DNA of 64,000 bases from Malacoraja senta (taxonomy: Eukaryota): the NCBI GenBank assembly GCA_038087875.1, contig CM075984.1, forward strand, positions 45,756,001 through 45,820,000, written 5' to 3'. Shown here piece by piece: positions 56,280 through 64,000 of the stretch; position 1 is the stretch's first letter; each line of letters begins with the position of its first letter. The position numbers and the translations under genes were made by a program. A model generated the notes under the pieces. That model saw only the letters and a list, made by a program, of their open reading frames with translations. It was not told the origin of the DNA and made no database searches.

Positions 56280-57530
56280 TGTCAGTGGTGTTGCATGGGG
56301 GGATCAGTACGGGATGGATGGGGGGGATAAGTACAGGATGAATGGGGGGTTCAGTACAGGATGAATGGGGGGATCAGTACAGGATGAATGGGGGTAGACA
56401 AAAATGCCGGAGAATCTCAGCGGGTGAGGCAGCATCTATGGAGCGAAGGAAATAGGCAACGTTTCGGGTCGAGACCCTTCTTCGGACTGTTCCCCCCATT
56501 CTTCTTGAATGGGCGGATCAGTACAGGATGGATGGGGGGGGGGGATCAGCGCAGGATGAATGGAGGGGATCAGTACAGGATGAATGGGGGGGGGGGGTCA
56601 GTACAGTGTGGATCGCAGGGTTTGTGCAGGATGAATGTGGGATCAGTACAGGATGAATGAGGTGATCTGTACAGGTTGAATGGGGGGGATCAGTACAGGA
56701 TGAATGGGGAGGTCAGTACAGTGTGGATCGGAGGGTCTGTGCAGGATGAATGAGATCAGTACAGGATGAATGGGTGGTTCAGTGCAGGATGAATGGGGGG
56801 GGACAGTAAAAGATGAATGGGGGATCAGTACAGGATGAATGAGGGGATCAGTACAGGATGAATGAGGGGATCAGTACAGGATGAATGAGGGGATCAGTAC
56901 AGGATGAATGAGGGGATCAGTACAGGATGAATGGGGGGTTCAGTACAGGATGAATGGTAGAATCAGTACAGGATGAATGGGGGGGGTCAGTACAGGATGA
57001 ATGGGGGGGGGGGATCAGTACAGGATGAACAGGGGGGATCAGTACAGGATGGATGGAGGGATTAGTAAAAGATGAATGGGGAGATCACTACAGGATGGAT
57101 GGGGGGATTGGTGTAGGATAAATGGAGGGTGGGTGAGTACAGGATGAATGGGGGATCAGTACAGGATGGATGGGGGATCAGTACAGGATGGATGGGGGAT
57201 CAGTACAGGATGGATGGGGGAGCAGTGCAGGATGGATGGGGGGAGCAGTGCAGGATGGATGGGGGGAGCAGTGCAGGATGGATGGGGGGAGCAGTGCAGG
57301 ATGGATGGGGGGAGCAGTGCAGGATGGATGGGAAGGGGGGGTCAGTGCAGGACGAATTGGGGGACCAGTGTAGGATGGATGGGGAGTGGCAGGAGAATCA
57401 ATGTGAGGTGGATAGGGTGATCAGCGCAGGATGAATAGATTGGGAGGGGGGGAGATGGGGAGGGGAGCACTGGGGATGTCAGAGAGGTCTGAATAGAGGC
57501 GGGAATGGGGATCAGTGCGGGATGGAGAGG
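56280..57530 (+). repeat. G-rich minisatellite with a ~21-23-bp unit (GGGGATCAGTACAGGATGAAT)
   Basis: Dozens of tandem degenerate copies, with a variant block GGGGAGCAGTGCAGGATGGAT at about 57215-57330. Confidence 0.95.
56394..56488 (-). mobile_element. Penelope-like unit with a hammerhead core (U4C variant)
   Basis: CCGAAGA-A-GGGTCTCGACCC-GAAACGTT; inserted within the minisatellite. Confidence 0.85.
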
Positions 57531-57760
57531 AGGGGTCTCAGGATAAGAGGGGTGGAGGGGGCGTACAAGAGAGAGAGAGAGGGGGCAAGGTGGGGAAGAA
57601 GGAAGGGCAGCGCTCCTCGGACAACATCGCCCCGCTGCCTTGGCCGTCCCTGTCCACCGCCAAGTGCCGCCGCCAAAGGGGGAGGCGGTTGGGATCTCCT
57701 CACCACCGCCTCCCCTCCTCCGCCAGCCAACAGCAAGGTGCGGGGCCGAGCGATGCAGCT

Positions 57761-57788
57761 CAAAGATCCTATAGCTATAGGATCTTTG
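57761..57788. mobile_element. 28-bp perfect palindrome flanked by an 8-bp near-direct repeat (TIR-only micro-element)
   Basis: CAAAGATCCTATAG|CTATAGGATCTTTG between ATGCAGCT (57753-57760) and GTGCAGCT (57789-57796). Confidence 0.7.
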
Positions 57789-58028
57789 GTGCAGCTGCTT
57801 CAGACGGCGGAAGGAGGCCTATCCCTCCCTCCCTCCTCCCGGCCTTGGCGTGCGAGTGTTTGTTTTGAAAGCGGTTATCGCCGTTAGCGGATTTGCAAGT
57901 AGCGGCCGCTATCAGGGAGGGCGGGGTGCAGGAGGAGGAGCCGCTGCTGTGCGGGGCCCGTCATTCGCTCCGACCCTTCGTCACCCTGCACCTAGTATCT
58001 TTGCCACGCACTACAGCTGTCGCCGACA

Positions 58029-58105
58029 CGAAACGTCACGTTCCTTTTCTCCAGAGATGCTGCCTGACCCGCTGAGTTACTCCAGTTTTTTATGTCTACC
58101 TTCGG
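58029..58105 (+). mobile_element. Penelope-like unit truncated at CGAAACGTC
   Basis: Homologous to the 41177-41269 unit, with a 3' extension ACCAGTATCTGCAGT. Confidence 0.8.
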
Positions 58106-59239
58106 TATAAACCAGTATCTGCAGTGCCAAGCCTGGCAAAATGACTCGCCGTTTAGGTTGCCCGGCGGCATTTTGGGTGGTCATTGTCACCCGGGCAACT
58201 GCTAATTTTGAGCCCTGTGATCGCTGGTCGGCATGCACTCATGGGCTAAAGGGCCTGTTTCCATGCTGTATCTCTAAAGTCTACAGTGGATTTTGTCCAC
58301 GAGTTTCCATAAGGTTATTAATAAAGGTTATACACAAAAGATTATCAGTACGTTGACAGCAGACCATATGACTTAGATGGTAGTCTAAGACTATTTGCTT
58401 AGACAGAGGCTAACAGCAAACAAACAACATAGTCCCTCACTGAGAGGACTGTATCCAATCTTGATTACTTGAAATCCCTATAGTAAACTCTAATAATCCA
58501 GATGAAGAGGCAAGAAGTCAACCATCTAATTAAAAATGTCAGTGGATCATTTGATGCAATACACAGGAAGTGGTATTTTCAGGTGTCAAATCTAGACCAT
58601 ATGAATTAGTTAATATAACAAAATATTGAAACAACCAAATCAGTTTCAAAAATTAAATACTTTCATTGTGAGAAAAAGATTAGTTGAATATACACTGCAA
58701 TTACATAATTTTCAGATAAGATCCCACCTTTCAACACATACTAAAATACAGATACTATAAAGGCAGTACATCCTCTCAGATGAAAGTGTTCTGGCAACCA
58801 TCCAGACAAAAAAATGTCTGCTGGCCACATGCACATCTAAATGCACGTTCTTGTGTGAATTTAAGATATTCAGGACTCACTCACAAAATCAAAAATTAGT
58901 AAATGGCCTTCAGGAAAATTAAAAATAGAAGACCTTTTTTTAATATCTTAATTGAAGTTAAAATTGACTATATGCCAATCTTTTTTGTAACAAATTAGAA
59001 AATTCAATCCTTGATACACATTGTTCCCAATTCAACCCCATTTTGGACTATTGGAATACATTTCAGTATCACAATTACTAATCCAGTAATAAAGCTATAA
59101 ATGTTTTAACAAAGAATTGCATATGCTGGTTATACACAGGACAAAGTGCTGGAGAGATAGGTGGGTGCCTGGGGAGTAGGGGGGTTGAGGGGTGATAGAG
59201 GTCCAGGCATGGGCCAAAGAAATAAATTGCTGAATGGAG

Positions 59240-60230
59240 GCTAGAGTGACTGACCTTGACATCAAGAAGGCATTTAAACAAGTATGCCATCAAGGAATCC
59301 TGGAAACAAAGTCAATGAACATTTGGGATGGAGTCATATCTCACTCAAAGACAGTTTACTGTTGGTGGAGGTCAATCACCCCAACGCCAGGATATCATAA
59401 CAAGAGCTCCTTGGGTGAGCATCCTTGCATAGCTGCCTCATCGACATCTTTGTCCCTTTACTAAGTCAGAAGTAGGCTGGTTTGCCAATGATTACACAAT
59501 GTTCAGTTCTATTCAGAACTCCTCAGCATAAATCAATCCATAATTATGTGCAGAAAGGTCCTTGGGACTATTAAAGAATAGAGAGATCTAAGTATGCATG
59601 TCCAAAAGTCCTTGAAGCTGGCAGCGCAGATTACGCCAGCATACAGGATGCTGGCCTTCATAAATCAGAGCATTGAACAAATGAGCAGAGGGCTTGTACT
59701 CCAACTTTATAAAACATTGGTCAGCACTCAGCTGGAGTAATGCATGCAGTTCTGGTCACCAAGGTCTAGAAAGGATGTAATAGCACTAGATAGGGTAAAC
59801 ATGAGAGTCAACAGAATGTTGCCTGGATGGAGCATTTTAATTATGAGGAGACTAGATCTGTATTCCCTGGAGCAGAAGTTAAGATGGGAAATGACCGAGG
59901 ATTATAGATGTGGTAGACTTCAGGGTTCTTTTCCTTTATCAGAGGCAAATAAAACTAGAGGGCATGGATTTAAGGGAAGAGCCAAGAGATTTGGAGAGAC
60001 TTTGAGAGGAGGATTTTTACTCGGAGAGTGATGAATACCTGGATTGAATTACCAGACTAAGTAAAGGCAGCACATTCACTAACAGCATTTAAGAAGTGCT
60101 AGATGGGTATGTGAATTGTTTGGCATCAAGGTCAACAGGCCAAATGCTAGAAGATGGGATTAATACAGATGGATGCCTGTTGGCTGGTATGGACGAGGTG
60201 GGCCGAATGGTCTGTTTTCCATGCTGTACA
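59240..60230 (+). mobile_element. Old degenerate CR1
   Basis: LDIKKAFKQV, QFWSPRSRKDVIAL and KTRGHGFK; boundaries approximate. Confidence 0.7.
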
Positions 60231-60367
60231 ACAGGCCATTTAAGCATGAGCATGATAGGTGACATCAGTAATAGGATGTAATATTCATGTCACAGAATTG
60301 CTATGTGGTGACCATCTCCAACAAGTGTTTGACCACATTAATGTCATTACCATCTATGAATCCTCAA

Positions 60368-60676
60368 TTTTAGTTTAGTTTAAAGATACAGCGCGGATAC
60401 AGGCCCTTCGCCCCACTGAGTCCGTGCCGACCAGCGATCCCCACACATTAACACTCTCCTACACACACTAGGGACAATTTACACATACACCTAGCCAATT
60501 AACCTACAAACCTGTACGTCTTTAGAATGTGGGAGGTAACCGAAGATCTCGGAGAAAACCCACGCGGTCACAGGGAGAACGTACAAACTCCGTACAGACA
60601 GCACCCGCAGTCAGGATCGAACCCGGGTCTCCGGCAGTAAGGCAGCAACTCTACCGCTGCGCCACCGTGCCGGCCC
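60368..60676 (-). mobile_element. V-SINE (HE1-like), full length
   Basis: Minus strand: GGGCCGGCACGGTGGCGCAGCGGTAGAG, B box GGTTCGATCC, V-domain and a (CTAAA)n tail. Confidence 0.9.
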
Positions 60677-61016
60677 TTTAAGTTCTCAACATAAACTTAA
60701 CTGGCCCATCCAACACAAATACTGCGGCTGCCAGATGGGTATTCCAGGGCATGAGTCTCAGCTTTGTATTTCCATTTGGTACAGGAGGCCATTTCAGCCA
60801 AAGTCTGTGCCAGCTCATAGAGGAATCCCACTCTCTCATCAATCTCCCATGCAAACTCCCAACACACCAAAACCTTTCCACCAACTACAAGGCACAAGTC
60901 AGAAATGTGTTGCAACTTGTCTGGATAATTGCAGCTCCAGCAACAATCAGGATGCTTTTGGATTCTGTCCTAGCAGTGCCATGCCTTCTGCAGTACTACA
61001 GGAAAATAATTTATTG

Positions 61017-61136
61017 GACGCAAACTGCAGATACTGGAACCTTGAGAAAAACAGTACTAAAGAACTAAGCAGGTTAGGCAGCATATGTGGAGAGAATGGG
61101 CAGATAGCATTTTGGGCCAGGGCCTTTCATCAGACT
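61017..61136 (-). mobile_element. Older Penelope-like unit (CTGATGA core variant)
   Basis: Minus strand AGTCTGATGAAAGGCCCTGGCCCAAAATG...CAGTATCTGCAGT. Confidence 0.65.
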
Positions 61137-63099
61137 CAACTTCTTTCACATTCGAATATCCAAATGCAACAAGCATAAGTGCAAATCAAGTACATGATCC
61201 TCTATTTCATATTGGATTACTTGCAGCCTCATGATGCAAGATTCGCTCAGTGTATTTATTAATTAGGATGAATTAACTCAAGGTTTGGAGTGGTTGAAGA
61301 AATTTCTCAAGCTGGCTCCACACTTTTCTCCAGAGTTTCAATAGGGTCAGCCTGCTTGACCATAATTCAAAAATACAGTTGGGAAAGGACGAGCAAGGGA
61401 ATGGATGGAAATGAAGAAAGAAGCGAAAGGAATATGGATGGAGTAGTGGATTAGAAATATCTACATTTGGAAATTGGTATGTGTGCAATACAGTAATGTT
61501 TTTACATTGTACAATGTACAAATGGGTAATGCTACTTATACAAGTGGAATCTTGGCATTTGTTGTATAGAATTTTTTTAGAAATCCATGTTTGTTTGCAT
61601 ACTATATAACTCATATAGAGAGAACATTATCTGAAATTTTGTTTACATAGATTTGAATCTTTTCATCATGTGTTTGAGCTTCTTTGAAAAGATGCTCTCA
61701 CTTTTTAATCAATTAGTGCACACACAAAGTTTTTAAGCATACACCCACTCCTCTTGTGATTTGCTATCCACAGACCTGCACACGCGTGAGGGCAACCCAA
61801 GTCTTTTCCCCAAATACACAGGTACACGATTAGTCTATTTAGATATGATGATCAGTTTTCTGATCAGGTGGCAAGCAGAGCTCTGCCTCTCGAATAGCAA
61901 GTGGTCTTTGATTATACAGCTGCACCTTTGATCAAGATTTGTTAGGATAAGATACCAAAAATGTCACCAATCCATGTCCTCCAGAGATGCTGTCTGACCC
62001 GCTGAGTTACCCCAGCAATGTATTTTACTAGAAAATAACATGAATGGGCTGTTAACATGGATTCATGAAAGGGAATTTATATTTGATAAATCTCATGGAA
62101 TTTAAGGTTGTAGCATTCAGAACAGATAAACGGTGAATTAGACAATATGGTGCATCTGAACCTGCAGAAGGTCTCTGAACAAACAAGAGATCACAATACA
62201 TAATTATAATAATTACACAATTTGAACTATAACACCATTGAGGCGTGCGTCTTCTCAGTGGATGCCTCAGGCATACACTCAGAAGATGGATCTCAGACAT
62301 GAGGCAAGGGTCTTCGATTTACAAACCTGTTTCCTACAAAAGACAGCAACCCACTTTCTTTGCATGTGAATGCAGTGTATCAAAACACAGTGCATTGTGT
62401 TCAGCCTTTTTGTTTTAAAAAACTGAGCTTGATGAAACATTTTCAAGGAATAGCTTTTTCATGAATCAAGTAATTACTGTAGAGCACTAATGCTTTGAGG
62501 ATTGGTCATTTGAACAGAAAACAGCAGGAATCAACGTGTCAGTTTTGGTTTGGGTGGCAATGATCAGTTGAATCATTTCTGGTGCCCCTGCCATTCGCAA
62601 ATTATATCAATGATTTGAATGAAAGGGTCAAGTGCAATATATCCAAGTTTGTGGATAACTAAAAGGCTGTATGGCAATTCAGGTCGAGAGGATGCGAGGC
62701 TTCAGAAAGATACGAATGGCTTAAATTAATGGGCAAGTACATAGCATATGGAATACAATGGAAAATTGTTTGCTGAGCCACCTCAGGAGAATAAAAATAG
62801 AACGATAATAGTTAAAATAATAAATGCACGAAAGCTGTCGTTGCTCCGAGTGACCTGATTACCCTTATACATGAATCACTGAAAGTTAACATGTATGTTT
62901 GTCAAGCAATTAGGATAACAATAAGTACACTAGCCATTGAGCAAGAGGATTTGAGTTATATAAGCTTCAACTCTAATCACATTTGTAATACTGTATACAA
63001 TTATAGCCTGCCTACATAATGAAGAGCATACTTATGATTCAGACAATGAAGGTTCACCAGATTAATCCTGGGCACATGAAGAGAGGTTAAGCTAATGTT

Positions 63100-63680
63100 C
63101 AAGTTAGTTTTAATTTTAGTTTTAGAGATGCAGTGCGGAAACAGGTCCTTCAGCCTACCGAGTCCGGTCCGACCACGATCCCGCACATTAACACTATCCT
63201 ACAGTAGGGACAATTTAAAAAAAACATTAGATGCACAGAGTCTCTTGCCCAGAGTAGGAGAATCGAGAACCAGAGGACATAGGTTCAAGGTGAAGGGGAA
63301 AAGATTTAATAGAAATCTGAGGGGTAACTTTTTCACACAAAGGGTGGTGGGTGTATGGAACAAGCTCCCAGATGAAATAGTTGAGGCTGAGACTATCCCA
63401 ACGTTTTAGAAATAGTTAGACAGGTACATGGATGGGACATGTTTGGAGGGATATGGACCAAGCGCTGGCAGGTGGGACTAGTGTAGCTGGGACATGTTGG
63501 CTGGCGTGAGCAAGTCGGGCCGAAGGGCCCGTTTCCACACTGTATCACTCTATGACACTTTACCAAGCAAATTAATCTACAAACCTATACCTCTTTGGAG
63601 TGTGGGAGGAAACCAAAGTTCTCAGATAAAACCCACGCAGGTCACGAGGAAAATGTACAAACTCTGTAGAGACAAGCCAG
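63100..63680. mobile_element. V-SINE (minus) interrupted by a CR1 3' end (plus, about 63225-63556)
   Basis: SINE tail at 63105-63215, then CR1 SRTRGHRFKVKG...FFTQRVVGVWNKLP, then the SINE V-domain resumes at about 63560. Confidence 0.78.
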
Positions 63681-64000
63681 GATCTCTTATTGAAACGTAG
63701 AATTCTTAAGGGATTTGATAGATATGCCATTTGCCCTGTTTGGGGCACCTAGTACCAAGAGTTGGTCCTGAAATCAGGGGTCAGCCATGCATCAGAGATT
63801 AGAGAGAGATTTCTTCACCCAGAGTAATGAATGTATAGATATTTGAGTGCTGAATATATGCATGAAAAAGATCAATCGATATTGTAGATATTAAGGGAAT
63901 CAGAGGAAGTGGGGTTAGTACACAAATGGAATACTGGATTATTATATTACATATGTTCATATTGAATGGCAGAGTAGGCTCAATATGCCAATTGATCACA

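Larger units (their letters stand above)
54930..58217. mobile_element. 3288-bp non-autonomous TIR element with a 5-bp TSD (hAT5-like)
   Basis: Ends CAGGGCTC...GAGCCCTG; TGATC duplicated at 54925-54929 and 58218-58222; shared subterminal motifs GGGCAAC, AAATGAC, TTTAGGT and GGTGGTCATT. Confidence 0.8.
54684..58278 (+). mobile_element. V-SINE split by a DNA transposon (parts 54684-54929 and 58218-58278)
   Basis: B box GGTTCGATCC and V-domain; the SINE resumes (TGATC-GCTGGTCGGC...GGGCCTGTTTCCATGCTGTATCTCTAAA) after the insertion. Confidence 0.85.

Noticed and set aside
56130-57434. G/W/M-rich ORFs and CRISPR-like periodicity
   Set aside because: These are translations of a tandem minisatellite with no unique spacers, in a eukaryotic intron.
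57500-58020. CpG-rich block as the CUL3 promoter or exon 1
   Set aside because: No frame encodes the expected short N-terminus ending in MRIRAFP, and the block lies inside the TSD-bounded element 54930-58217. Exon 1 is probably beyond 64000.

Overview
Vertebrate nuclear DNA, most likely a cartilaginous fish (skate/ray-like); this is inferred only from the repeat landscape (HER1/CR1 LINEs, HE1-like V-SINEs, Rex1, Tc1). The window is almost entirely the cullin-3 gene (CUL3) on the minus strand. Coding exons 2-16 (44058 down to the stop at 9792) splice into 746 codons plus stop, with exon sizes matching my recollection of human CUL3. Intron 12 has a GC donor. A TE-poor 3'UTR of about 3.7 kb probably runs to about 6110, and exon 1 is not in the window. 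The introns hold five Tc1 elements of three families, CR1, Rex1 and L1 LINE fragments, V-SINEs, a Harbinger-type MITE, a retroviral-like pol relic and a 3.3-kb TIR element with a 5-bp TSD. Highlights: (1) a dispersed ~90-nt mobile unit with TSDs that carries a Penelope-type minimal hammerhead ribozyme, with one intact copy in the sense strand of CUL3 intron 1 and a core-mutated copy in the 3'UTR; (2) a 28-bp TIR-only micro-element; (3) a 433-bp near-perfect inverted duplication; (4) inverted Tc1 copies bracketing the in-frame exon 3-9 block.
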